This document shows, piece by piece, positions 50,888 through 59,458 of a stretch of DNA of 64,000 nucleotides (position 1 is the first letter of the stretch; the number at the start of each line of letters is the position of its first letter). The notes beneath the pieces are model-generated. The model saw only the letters and a program-made list of their open reading frames with translations, was not told the origin of the DNA and did no database searches. Position numbers and translations under genes: made by a program. This DNA comes from an uncultured Haloferula sp. (GTDB lineage Bacteria; Verrucomicrobiota; Verrucomicrobiia; Verrucomicrobiales; Akkermansiaceae): contig CBFGTS010000001.1 in NCBI GenBank assembly GCA_965652295.1, positions 32,001 through 96,000 of the forward strand. Reading direction: 5' to 3'.

Positions 50888-53800
50888 TCAATCGGCAATC
50901 ATCAAATCTTCCACCGGCAATTCCCTCAGGATCGCCACGACTTGTCCGGCACGGACGCTGCCGCCTTCGGCAACGAGCAGCTCGATGACCTCGACGGATG
51001 TCTCCGTCTCCACCGGCATTTCCATCTTCATCGCTTCGAGAATCATCACGCCCTTGCCGGCTCCGAGTTGCCCGCCCGCCGCGGCGAGGACCTTCCACAC
51101 GCTGCCCGTCACCGGGCTTTCGAGCGCGATGCAGCCGTGGGGGATGACGAGTTCGTCCTCATCCACGACTTCGGTTTCCACCGGTGCATCCATCACCAAT
51201 CCGGCCGCTTCCCAGCGCTCGCGTTCTTCCTGAAAGGCCCGGCGCTGGTCGGTGCGGAAGGCATCGATCTCCTCCGCGTGGTCATCGAGAAAGCGTTCGT
51301 AGTCCGCGAAACGGAACACGGTTTCCTCGATCTTCAGCTTGTGTCGACCCAGGGGCACGTCCTCGCGGAAACGCAGGAGTTCCTCCGCGCTCACCGGGTA
51401 GAACCGCAGTTGGTCGAAGAATCGCAGCAGCCAGGGCTCGGAGAAATCCTCCGTTTTCCGCCAGCGGTTCCACACCGGGATGGTGCGTCCGGTGAACTGG
51501 TATCCGCCGGGGCCCTCCATGCCGTAGATGCACAGGTAGGCGCCGCCGATGCCGACCGCGTTCTCCGGCGTCCAAGTACGGGCCGGGTTGTACTTCGTCG
51601 TCACCAGCCGGTGCCGCGGATCGAGCGGCGTGGCGACCGGCGCGCCGAGGTAGACGTCGCCCAGGCCCATCACGAGATAGGAGGCGTCGAAGAAAATACG
51701 ATAAACGTCATCGATCGAGTCGAGCCCGTTGATGCGGCGGATGAACTCCAGGTTGCTCGGGCACCATGGTGCGTCGGGCCGCACGCTCTGCATGTACTTG
51801 CGGATGGCTTCCTGCGTGCTCGGGTCGTCCCAGCTCAGCGGCAGGTGGACGATCCGGGTCGGCACCTCGATTTCCGCCAGCGGCGGCAGCGACCGGAGGC
51901 CTTCATCAATGATCGCCCACAAGGCGTCGCGAGCGATCACCCGCGGGTCGAAGTGAACCTGCAACGACCGGATCCCCGGCGTGAGATCGACGATCCCGTC
52001 GATGCCCTTTTCCTTCAGCCACTCATAAACGACGTGGACCTTGAAACGCAGTTTCAGATCGAGGTGATGCGGGCCGAACTCGATCAGGAAATAGCGGTCG
52101 CCCGCACGGCGGACGACGACGGCGTCGTCCTGCTCGCCGAAGCTGGCGAGGATTGCCGATTGAAGATCGAGGATTGCCGGCTGAGGAAGAGGTAGAGCGT
52201 CGAGCGTTCCCGATAGATAGGCATCCAGAGCCTGGCGTTGGTTTTCCGCCCAGGATTCATCGACCGGGACGAAGGTGATCTTGTCTCCCGGGTGGAGCTG
52301 GCCGAGTTTCCACAGCTCGGCCTCGACCACCACGCAGGGGCAGACGAAGCCGCCGAGGCTCGGGCCGTCGGGGCCGAGAATGACGGGCATGTCTCCGGTG
52401 AAATCCACCGCTCCGATGGCGTAGGCATTGTCGTGGAGGTTCGAGGGGTGGAGTCCCGCCTCACCGCCGTCCTTGCGCGCCCACTTCGGCTTCGGACCGA
52501 TCAGGCGGACGCCCGTCCGGGCCGAGTTGTAGTGCACCTCCCAGCTGGTGTCGAAGAAGGTCCCGATGTCTTCCGGTGTGAAAAAGTCCGGGGCACCATG
52601 CGGCCCGTACAAGACCCCGATCCGCCACTCGTTGCTGATCGGAATCTCCTTCCCACAATCTTCCATCTCCAATCTCCAATCGGCAATTCCGAGCACGTCT
52701 CCCGGCAGCAAAGCCCGGCCGAACGGCCCTCCGAACCGGCCGAGCGTGAAGGTCGAGGCGCTGCCGAGATAGAGGGGCGACTCGATCCCGCCGCTGACCG
52801 CGAGGTAGCAGCGCATGCCCGCACCTTCGATGCGACCCACTTTGACGACATCGCCCGCGGCGACATCGAAAGCTCCCTCCACGGCCTCACCGTTCAGCGT
52901 CACCTTCGCCGCCGCGCCGACCACCGCGACCTTCACCGGCGTGTTGAAGCGCAGCGTCGGGCCGGTCATGGTGATCTCCAGCGCAGGCGCTCCTTCCGGA
53001 TTGCCGACGAGGCGGTTGGCGAGGCGGAACGACAGGGAATCGAACGGCCCGCAGGGCGGGACGCCGACCTCCCAATAGCCGGTGCGGCCGGGGAAGTCCT
53101 GGACTGTCGTCATGGTGCCCGGCGATTGCACATCGATGGTGCGCGGCCGGTAGTCGAAACCCGCCATGTCACGCATCGCCACGCCGCCCGTAATGTACGG
53201 CGTCCACCGTACGACCTGCCGCAGGTAGCGGAGGTTGGTTTCAATGCCGGAAATTCGCGACTCGTCGAGCGCCTGCGTCAGTTTCCTCACGGCCGAGTCA
53301 CGGTCGTCGGCATGGACCATCACCTTGCACAGCAGCGGATCGTAAAACGGGCTGACTTTGGTGCCGGGCCGCACCCAGCCGTCGCAGCGGGTCCATTGCG
53401 GGAAATCGGCCTCGGTTAGGAGTCCGGCGCTGGGGCGGAAATTCTGGTTCGGGTCTTCGGCGTAGACGCGGGCCTGGATCGCGCAGCCCTGCGGCGCCGG
53501 TACGACCCCGGGCATGACCCACTGTGGGTCGAGCGCCAGCCGGATCATCCATTCGACGAGATCGACGCCGGTGACCATCTCCGTGACCCCGTGCTCGACC
53601 TGAAGGCGGGTGTTCACTTCCAGAAAAAAGAAGTCGCTGCGATCGGCGTCGTAGATGAATTCAACCGTGCCGGCGGAGCGGTAGTTCACGCTTTCGCCGA
53701 GCTGCACCGCCGCGGCGTGAAGTGCCGCGCGGGTTTCGTCGGTGAGGCCCGGCGCGGGCGTTTCCTCGAAGACCTTCTGATTGCGGCGCTGCACCGAGCA

Positions 53801-54508
53801 ATCGCGCTCACCGAGCGCGAGCACACGGCCGTTGCCATCGCCGAAAATCTGCACCTCGACGTGGCGTCCGCGTTCGATGAAACGTTCGACGAACACCCCG
53901 CCCGAGCCGAAACTGCGTTCGCTGAGCCGCACCACGCTTTCGAACTCGCGGCGCAGCTCCTCCGGATCGCGGCAGACCTTCATGCCGATTCCGCCGCCGC
54001 CCGCCGTGCTTTTGAGCATGACCGGGAACCCGATCTCCGCCGCCGCCGTGACCGCCGCTTCGGCGTTCTCCAACAAGTCTGTCCCCGGAACCAGTGGCAC
54101 GCCCGCTTCACCTGCCAGACGACGTGCCTCATGCTTCAGTCCGAAGGCGATGATCTGTTCCGGCGTCGGCCCAAGCCACTTCACGCCGGCTTCCTCGCAC
54201 ATCCGGGCGAAGTCGGTGTTTTCGCTGAGCAGACCGTATCCAGGGAAGACCGCGGCCGCACCGGCTTCGCGGGCGATCTCGATCAGACGGTCCTTGAGAA
54301 GATAACTCTCCGAAACCGGCCCCGGCCCGAGTCGATGGGACTCGTCTGCGAGATCGACGTGGGGTGAGGCGCTATCGGGATCCGAGTAGACCGCCACGGC
54401 CTCCATGCCGAGAGCGTGTATCGTGCGGATGGCCCGAGCGGCGATCTCGCCGCGGTTGGCGATGAGGATCTTCGATTTTCGATTGATGATTGACGATTGA
54501 GACATCAT
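50888..54508 (-). CDS. uca: Urea/guanidine carboxylase (biotin-dependent)
   Basis: LIANRGEIA biotin carboxylase; FLEVNTRLQVEH; HPSNLHDNAY..DFTGD..DGPSLGGF; TKYNPARTWT; LEAMKME biotin site. Confidence 0.97.
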   Translation of the reverse strand: MMSQSSIINRKSKILIANRGEIAARAIRTIHALGMEAVAVYSDPDSASPHVDLADESHRLGPGPVSESYLLKDRLIEIAREAGAAAVFPGYGLLSENTDFARMCEEAGVKWLGPTPEQIIAFGLKHEARRLAGEAGVPLVPGTDLLENAEAAVTAAAEIGFPVMLKSTAGGGGIGMKVCRDPEELRREFESVVRLSERSFGSGGVFVERFIERGRHVEVQIFGDGNGRVLALGERDCSVQRRNQKVFEETPAPGLTDETRAALHAAAVQLGESVNYRSAGTVEFIYDADRSDFFFLEVNTRLQVEHGVTEMVTGVDLVEWMIRLALDPQWVMPGVVPAPQGCAIQARVYAEDPNQNFRPSAGLLTEADFPQWTRCDGWVRPGTKVSPFYDPLLCKVMVHADDRDSAVRKLTQALDESRISGIETNLRYLRQVVRWTPYITGGVAMRDMAGFDYRPRTIDVQSPGTMTTVQDFPGRTGYWEVGVPPCGPFDSLSFRLANRLVGNPEGAPALEITMTGPTLRFNTPVKVAVVGAAAKVTLNGEAVEGAFDVAAGDVVKVGRIEGAGMRCYLAVSGGIESPLYLGSASTFTLGRFGGPFGRALLPGDVLGIADWRLEMEDCGKEIPISNEWRIGVLYGPHGAPDFFTPEDIGTFFDTSWEVHYNSARTGVRLIGPKPKWARKDGGEAGLHPSNLHDNAYAIGAVDFTGDMPVILGPDGPSLGGFVCPCVVVEAELWKLGQLHPGDKITFVPVDESWAENQRQALDAYLSGTLDALPLPQPAILDLQSAILASFGEQDDAVVVRRAGDRYFLIEFGPHHLDLKLRFKVHVVYEWLKEKGIDGIVDLTPGIRSLQVHFDPRVIARDALWAIIDEGLRSLPPLAEIEVPTRIVHLPLSWDDPSTQEAIRKYMQSVRPDAPWCPSNLEFIRRINGLDSIDDVYRIFFDASYLVMGLGDVYLGAPVATPLDPRHRLVTTKYNPARTWTPENAVGIGGAYLCIYGMEGPGGYQFTGRTIPVWNRWRKTEDFSEPWLLRFFDQLRFYPVSAEELLRFREDVPLGRHKLKIEETVFRFADYERFLDDHAEEIDAFRTDQRRAFQEERERWEAAGLVMDAPVETEVVDEDELVIPHGCIALESPVTGSVWKVLAAAGGQLGAGKGVMILEAMKMEMPVETETSVEVIELLVAEGGSVRAGQVVAILRELPVEDLMIAD

Positions 54509-54898
54509 GGCGCTTTGCGCGTTATTCAGAGTTCTTCTTTGATGCGACCATGATGGCGCAGATTTCGTCGGCTTCCTGCAGTAGCGGTTGGACTCGTTCG
54601 GCAGGCAGGAGTTCGGCTTCGATGATCATTTCCAGCCAATAGGCAGACTCGTCGGCTTCTTCGATCACGATCCCAAGCTTGGCTTGAAACTCGGCGGTGG
54701 ATTGTCCGCGACAGGCAGCACGATAGTTCGCTCCCACCGACGACCCGGAGCGAGCGAGTTGCATCGCGATGGTTTTTCCGACGTAGGACTTGGGCAATGC
54801 CTCGACCACGCGAAATGCCCGCAGCCCGAACTGCTTGGTCCGCTTCTTGAGTTCTTCCGGTGTCATGTCTTCCAATCGTCAATCTTCAATCGAAAATC
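54474..54898. repeat. 26-bp heptamer-built inverted repeats enclosing the four-helix-bundle gene
   Basis: 54474-54499 GATTTTCGATTGATGATTGACGATTG versus reverse complement of 54873-54898 GATTTTCGATTGAAGATTGACGATTG (25/26). Confidence 0.92.
54522..54866 (-). CDS. Four-helix-bundle protein (23S rRNA intervening-sequence protein/bAvd-like family)
   Basis: ELKKRTKQFGLR..LPK..QLARSGSSVGANYRAACR.QSTAEF.AKLGIV.EEADES.YWLE..EADEI family signature. Confidence 0.93.
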   Translation of the reverse strand: MTPEELKKRTKQFGLRAFRVVEALPKSYVGKTIAMQLARSGSSVGANYRAACRGQSTAEFQAKLGIVIEEADESAYWLEMIIEAELLPAERVQPLLQEADEICAIMVASKKNSE

Positions 54899-55518
54899 AG
54901 AGCTTCCACCGGTGTCGGGTTCCAGCCGTTGCAGGGGTTGTTCAATTGTGGACAGTTCGAGATCAGGCACACGACGTCCATCGCCGCTTTCATTTCCACA
55001 TATCTTCCCGGAGCCGAGATTCCGTCGGCGAAGGAAAGCTGGCCGTCGGGGGTGACGGGGACGTTCATGAAGAGGTTGATGTTGCAGGTGAGGTCGCGCT
55101 TGGTCAGCCCGCCGCGCCATTCCTGTGCGCCGCGGATGAAGCTGTCGCGGCAGGCGTGCATGCATTCCTTGTCGTGGGCGTAGCGCATGGTGTTCGACTC
55201 GCGCGAGCAGGCACCGCCAAGCGTGTCGTGGCGGCCGCAGGTGTCGGCGGTGATCTCGAGCAGCACGTGGCCCTCGGTGCTCATCAGTCGGGTGCCGGTG
55301 GTGAGGTAGAGCGCCTGCTGGGCCTGGATGGTGCGGTCGGCGCTGTAGCGGTCGGTCGGGTCGGCGGCGCTGTAGAAAAGCGTGTCCGCGGCCTGGTTGC
55401 CTTCGAGGTCGAGGATGCGCAGCGTCTGTCCGGCCTTGATTTCATGCGTCCACCAATCGCCGGCGGGGATGATTTCCCGGTAAACGGCGGCGGCGGGATC
55501 GAGCGGGCTCTCTTTCAT
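54886..55518 (-). CDS. cgdB: Urea carboxylase-associated protein 2 (DUF1989), carboxyguanidine deiminase subunit
   Basis: [56 protein letters not shown]. Confidence 0.9.
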   Translation of the reverse strand: MKESPLDPAAAVYREIIPAGDWWTHEIKAGQTLRILDLEGNQAADTLFYSAADPTDRYSADRTIQAQQALYLTTGTRLMSTEGHVLLEITADTCGRHDTLGGACSRESNTMRYAHDKECMHACRDSFIRGAQEWRGGLTKRDLTCNINLFMNVPVTPDGQLSFADGISAPGRYVEMKAAMDVVCLISNCPQLNNPCNGWNPTPVEALIFD

Positions 55519-56234
55519 CAGAAACGAAGGGCGTGATAGGTTTCGTTGTTTTCCCAGGCTCGGAGGTTTTCCGGCCGGACGGTGAGGCTCGGGTCCCCGG
55601 CGGCGGGTGCCTCGCCGGAGAGGACCTCCAGCTTCACCCGGCGCGGATGGTAGGTGGGATCGGGATCGAGCGGGTGCTGGCAGGTGTTGAGGACGACCAA
55701 GGTGTCGATCTCGAAACGCAGCTCGATGTGATCGCCGGGCTTCGAGTGATCCGGGACGAAGGACAATGCGCCCTCGTCATTGCTGACGACCTTGCTGAAC
55801 CAGTTGAGGTTCGGCACGAGGTCCTTCTTGCCGAGGCCCCACTTGGCGAGTTCGATCAGGAAACAGTCGCGCGCGTTGCGATACCAGTCGTTGCGGGCGT
55901 CCTGGAAACTACGTTCGCCGTACTTCGACGTCACCAGCGCGGCATCCGAGTGGCCGCAGACCGTATCGTGCCAGCCGACGCTGTCAGACACGATCGAGGC
56001 GAGCAGCCGGCCCATGTCCGAGTGCAGGCAATAGGGGGCGCGGAGGTAGAAAATGTGCTGGCCCTTGAGTGTGTCCGGCATGTTGTAGCGCTCGTGCCGC
56101 TCCAGCGCGTTGTAGAGCAGCATCCCGACGTTCGCGCCGCCTTCGAGGTCGGTCAGACGCAGGCGTTTGCCACGGGAGATCACGGCCGACCACATGCCGG
56201 CGCCTTCGAGGGTTCGTTCGAGGAGGGTCTTCAT
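55518..56234 (-). CDS. cgdA: Urea carboxylase-associated protein 1 (DUF1989), carboxyguanidine deiminase subunit
   Basis: [50 protein letters not shown]. Confidence 0.9.
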   Translation of the reverse strand: MKTLLERTLEGAGMWSAVISRGKRLRLTDLEGGANVGMLLYNALERHERYNMPDTLKGQHIFYLRAPYCLHSDMGRLLASIVSDSVGWHDTVCGHSDAALVTSKYGERSFQDARNDWYRNARDCFLIELAKWGLGKKDLVPNLNWFSKVVSNDEGALSFVPDHSKPGDHIELRFEIDTLVVLNTCQHPLDPDPTYHPRRVKLEVLSGEAPAAGDPSLTVRPENLRAWENNETYHALRF

Positions 56235-56267
56235 TTCTTTCAATCGGCAATCTCCAATCGTGAATCT

Positions 56268-56726
56268 TCAGTCCATCATCCGCTTCGCGTGGAGTGGCGG
56301 AATGAGGTGCGGGGTGAGGGTGAGCTGGGCGGTTTTGACGCCCTTGCAGGTGACGAGTTTGTTGGCGATGTCGCGCAGGGTTTTCGCCGGGCCCTGCATG
56401 AGGATGACCTCGAGCATGTGGTCGTCCTCCAGCAGCACGTGCTGGGAGGAAATGACCTCGGCGATGTGCTCGCGGAAGATGCGCGAGAGGTCGCGCAGGA
56501 GCGTGCTTTTCGACTCGTCGTAAACCAGCGTCAGCGTGCCGGCCATGACCTCGGTGCCGATGCGGCTGAGGTGCTGGGCGGCGTGCTGGTGGATCATTTC
56601 GGCGACCGCCTGCGAGCGGCTGTCGAAACCGCGGGCGACCACCAGCCGGTCGAGGAACTGGTAGGTTTCCTCGGGCATCGACACGGTCACCCGCTTCACT
56701 CCTTCGTTGGTCTCGTCGTTCGGCAT
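56268..56726 (-). CDS. NikR-like CopG/ribbon-helix-helix transcriptional regulator
   Basis: KRVTVSMP..LD..V..RGF.SRSQA (RHH); GTLTLVYD and LEVILMQG (NikR C-terminal ACT-like domain). Confidence 0.88.
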   Translation of the reverse strand: MPNDETNEGVKRVTVSMPEETYQFLDRLVVARGFDSRSQAVAEMIHQHAAQHLSRIGTEVMAGTLTLVYDESKSTLLRDLSRIFREHIAEVISSQHVLLEDDHMLEVILMQGPAKTLRDIANKLVTCKGVKTAQLTLTPHLIPPLHAKRMMD

Positions 56727-56756
56727 CGCCGACCGCTTACAGCACATCGGGGGCCA

Positions 56757-56784
56757 GTATGAAGAAATTTTTCATTCGTCACAC
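56757..56784. promoter_or_regulatory. NikR-type operator upstream of the carboxylase operon
   Basis: GTATGA-N16-TCACAC, one mismatch from the E. coli NikR operator GTATGA-N16-TCATAC; AT-rich spacer; 30 bp before the regulator ATG. Confidence 0.8.
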
Positions 56785-56924
56785 TTTGTGCAGGGAAAAA
56801 GAAGCGTGGGACCCCGGGGCAAATCATGAAAGACCGTAGAAATTCGCCAAAACCCGGGCCGCGGAGCTTCCTGACACCGGCAAGCGGTTCCACGTCCGGT
56901 TTCAGGAGTGAGAGGGCGGTGTCG

Positions 56925-58115
56925 TCATCTCTTGGCTGCGGTTCTGAGGCTCTCGACGCGTGCGCGGTAGGCGAGCCCGAACCGGTCCTGATGGGTGAGG
57001 ACGTTCCATTTCATGGCGTCGTCCTTGGATTCCGACTCGGAAAGCCGAAGCCATTCGCGCTCCTGTCGAGGACGCAGCACCTCGGAGCGACCGACGATGA
57101 CGCGCACCTGCTTGTCCGGAGCCGGGGTCACGTTCAGCGGAAGGATGGCTTCGGTCCGGGATTCCGGCAGAATCCAGAACACCCGCAGCCCCGGAGCTTC
57201 GAAGTAGCTGTGCCACCAGGTTTGCACCATCGCCTCGGCCTCGGACGGGAGAAGTCCTTGGGCCGTGAGGTGGGAGGTCAGTTCTTGATAGAGTTCGGTA
57301 TCGAAGCCGGTTGGGCGTGAATCGAGCTTCGACTGTGGAATTTCAGCGATGGCATTTTCTCCGAGCGGAGCGTCGTGCTGGAACCAGCGGGTGGTGCCGT
57401 CCGCCTCTCTTTCATAAACCAGAAGATAGGGAATCGCGCCTCCAGTCCGGTTCTCAAGCGTGAGCGTTTCGGAATTGTCGATGGTTGTGTGGAGTCCGGG
57501 CACGAAATGTCCGACGCCCCGGTAGAAGAGGAATCCCTCCGTGGTTCCGTCTTCGGACTGGACGACATTGGCTTCGGGGATCCGCGCACGGGTCCATTGC
57601 AGCAAGTCATCGGGTTTGAAAAGAACGGTCTGACGGCTGGCTTTGGAGTTCAGCACCTCGATATCCCACTCGATGGAACCGGTGTAGGGCTTGGAGAAAT
57701 CGAGAAGCTCCAAAGAGAGAGGGTCTTCGGAAGGAGGTGGCGCGAATGTTTCTCCACCGCTTCTTTCCGGATACCACTGGCTGATCGTGCCACCGTTGAA
57801 GCCGACTTTCACATGGGCGCGAAAGCCTTCCTCTGAGTGAAAATAAATGACCGGCGTCTCCATTTTCACCGTGACGCTCCGGACCGGACGGGCTGTCTTT
57901 TTCATGAGGAACACGCCTGGGTTCGGCAGAGGCGCGAACCCGGGGTGATGGCGGACATAGGCGGGCAGCGCTTCTTCTTCCCGTTCGAGACCGGAGAGGA
58001 GCGTGCCGTCGGAACCCGACACAGTGGTGAAGGTGCCCCACTCGTGGAGGTCGTAGGCTGACGATGCGGACAAGAGGGTGAATGTCGCGATGCTGGCGAG
58101 ATGGATCGTTTTCAT
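56925..58115 (-). CDS. Exported conserved hypothetical protein (HEWGTFT / ETPVIYF family)
   Basis: Signal peptide; LHEWGTFTTV; VKMETPVIYF; FLFYRGVG; GL..SEA.AM..TW. Confidence 0.75.
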   Translation of the reverse strand: MKTIHLASIATFTLLSASSAYDLHEWGTFTTVSGSDGTLLSGLEREEEALPAYVRHHPGFAPLPNPGVFLMKKTARPVRSVTVKMETPVIYFHSEEGFRAHVKVGFNGGTISQWYPERSGGETFAPPPSEDPLSLELLDFSKPYTGSIEWDIEVLNSKASRQTVLFKPDDLLQWTRARIPEANVVQSEDGTTEGFLFYRGVGHFVPGLHTTIDNSETLTLENRTGGAIPYLLVYEREADGTTRWFQHDAPLGENAIAEIPQSKLDSRPTGFDTELYQELTSHLTAQGLLPSEAEAMVQTWWHSYFEAPGLRVFWILPESRTEAILPLNVTPAPDKQVRVIVGRSEVLRPRQEREWLRLSESESKDDAMKWNVLTHQDRFGLAYRARVESLRTAAKR

Positions 58116-58169
58116 ATCACTCGCAAGGATGAGGCCGGGCTTCGGCCCGGACAAGATCGCGGCGGCTGC

Positions 58170-58212
58170 TTTACGGGGAATTTACCGGGTCCCGAATTTA
58201 CCATGCCTTTAC
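58170..58212. promoter_or_regulatory. Two TTTAC-N6-TTTAC direct-repeat pairs, putative OmpR-family binding sites
   Basis: TTTAC at 58170, 58181, 58197 and 58208 (11-bp period within each pair) in the divergent intergenic region. Confidence 0.6.
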
Positions 58213-58247
58213 GGACGTCAGAGGTGCGGGCGGGTAAGGTTCTCCTC

Positions 58248-58775
58248 ATGAAGATCTACATTGCCATGGCCGCTCTCCTCTTCACGTGTGTCGTGGTCGG
58301 GGAGGAGAACGGGCGCATTGACTATCAGGCATTCCTGAAGCTGACCCGTGAGGTGGAGCCCTACCGGCAGAGCCGGCGGATCAGCGAGGACGAGTTCCTG
58401 AGGATGGCGGCGGAGGAGGGGACGGTGGTTCTCGATACCCGGAGCAAGGAGAAATACGACCTCCGACATGTGAAGGGCGCGGTGCACCTCAATTTTTCCG
58501 ATTTCACCGACCAAGCCCTTGCCAGGGTGATTCCATCCAAGGACACGCGCATTCTGATCTACTGCAACAACAACTTCATCGGCGATTCACGGTCGATGTT
58601 CGGGAAAATGGCTCCGTTGGCGTTGAATATTCCGACCTTCATCAATCTCTATGGCTACGGATACCGCAATGTCTACGAGCTGCAGCCTGCTCTCCCGCTA
58701 TTCACCACGAAGATTCCCTTCGAGGGCACGATGATCTTGCCGGGGGGGCGACAGGAGGATGAGATGAGCAGGTGA
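58248..58775 (+). CDS. Exported rhodanese-like domain protein
   Basis: VVLDTRS; HVKGAVHL; RILIYCNNNF. Confidence 0.85.
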   Translation: MKIYIAMAALLFTCVVVGEENGRIDYQAFLKLTREVEPYRQSRRISEDEFLRMAAEEGTVVLDTRSKEKYDLRHVKGAVHLNFSDFTDQALARVIPSKDTRILIYCNNNFIGDSRSMFGKMAPLALNIPTFINLYGYGYRNVYELQPALPLFTTKIPFEGTMILPGGRQEDEMSR

Positions 58776-59458
58776 TGGAAGCGCCCCTGCTGGTCATCGA
58801 GGACGATGCCGCCGTGCGGCAGGGCGTGGTCGACGCTCTGGAGTACGCCGGGTATCGTACCCTGCAGGCTGCCGACGGGATTGCGGGTCTGGAGCTGGCG
58901 TTGCGGGCCAATTACCGTTTGTTGCTGCTCGATCTCGTGATGCCTGGCCGGGATGGGTTGGAACTCTTGGAGGAACTCAAGCGCAGCCGCCCCGGGCAGG
59001 CGGTGATCATTCTTTCCGCCAAGGGCGGGGAGGACGACCGGGTGCGGGGTTTGCAGCTGGGTGCGGATGACTACGTGATGAAGCCGTTCAGCGTCAGAGA
59101 GCTGCTGGCCCGCGTGGAAGCGGTGCTTCGCCGCACCTGCGAACGCGGCACTCCTTCCGATGTGCGGGCGTTCCCTGGCGGGCGGGTTGATTTCTCCCGG
59201 GGTGCGATCGATTTCGACGACGGCGGGTGCGAGGAACTCACGGAGCGCGAAGCTGGGCTTTTGCGCTACCTGTATGCCTCCGAGAACCGGGTCGTTTCCC
59301 GCGCCGAGATCCTGCATCACGTCTGGGGTCTCGATCCCGAACGCACCGAGACGCGAACGCTCGACATGCACATCATGCACCTGCGCACCAAGTTACGGGA
59401 CCGCGGCCAATCTTTCCTGGTGACCGTGCGAGGGAAAGGATGGAGGCTGACGACATGA
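58772..59458 (+). CDS. OmpR/PhoB family response regulator
   Basis: LVIEDD; LLDLVMPG; GADDYVMKPF; TRTLDMHIMHLRTKL; TVRGKGW. Confidence 0.96.
   Translation: MMEAPLLVIEDDAAVRQGVVDALEYAGYRTLQAADGIAGLELALRANYRLLLLDLVMPGRDGLELLEELKRSRPGQAVIILSAKGGEDDRVRGLQLGADDYVMKPFSVRELLARVEAVLRRTCERGTPSDVRAFPGGRVDFSRGAIDFDDGGCEELTEREAGLLRYLYASENRVVSRAEILHHVWGLDPERTETRTLDMHIMHLRTKLRDRGQSFLVTVRGKGWRLTT

Noticed and set aside
54522..54866. Diversity-generating retroelement suggested by the Avd-like protein
   Set aside because: No reverse transcriptase and no TR/VR pair with adenine-specific mismatches in the window
56727..56924. Guanidine riboswitch in the operon leader
   Set aside because: No twin ACGR hairpins or ykkC-like conserved segments recognised by eye; a covariance-model scan is needed to exclude it formally
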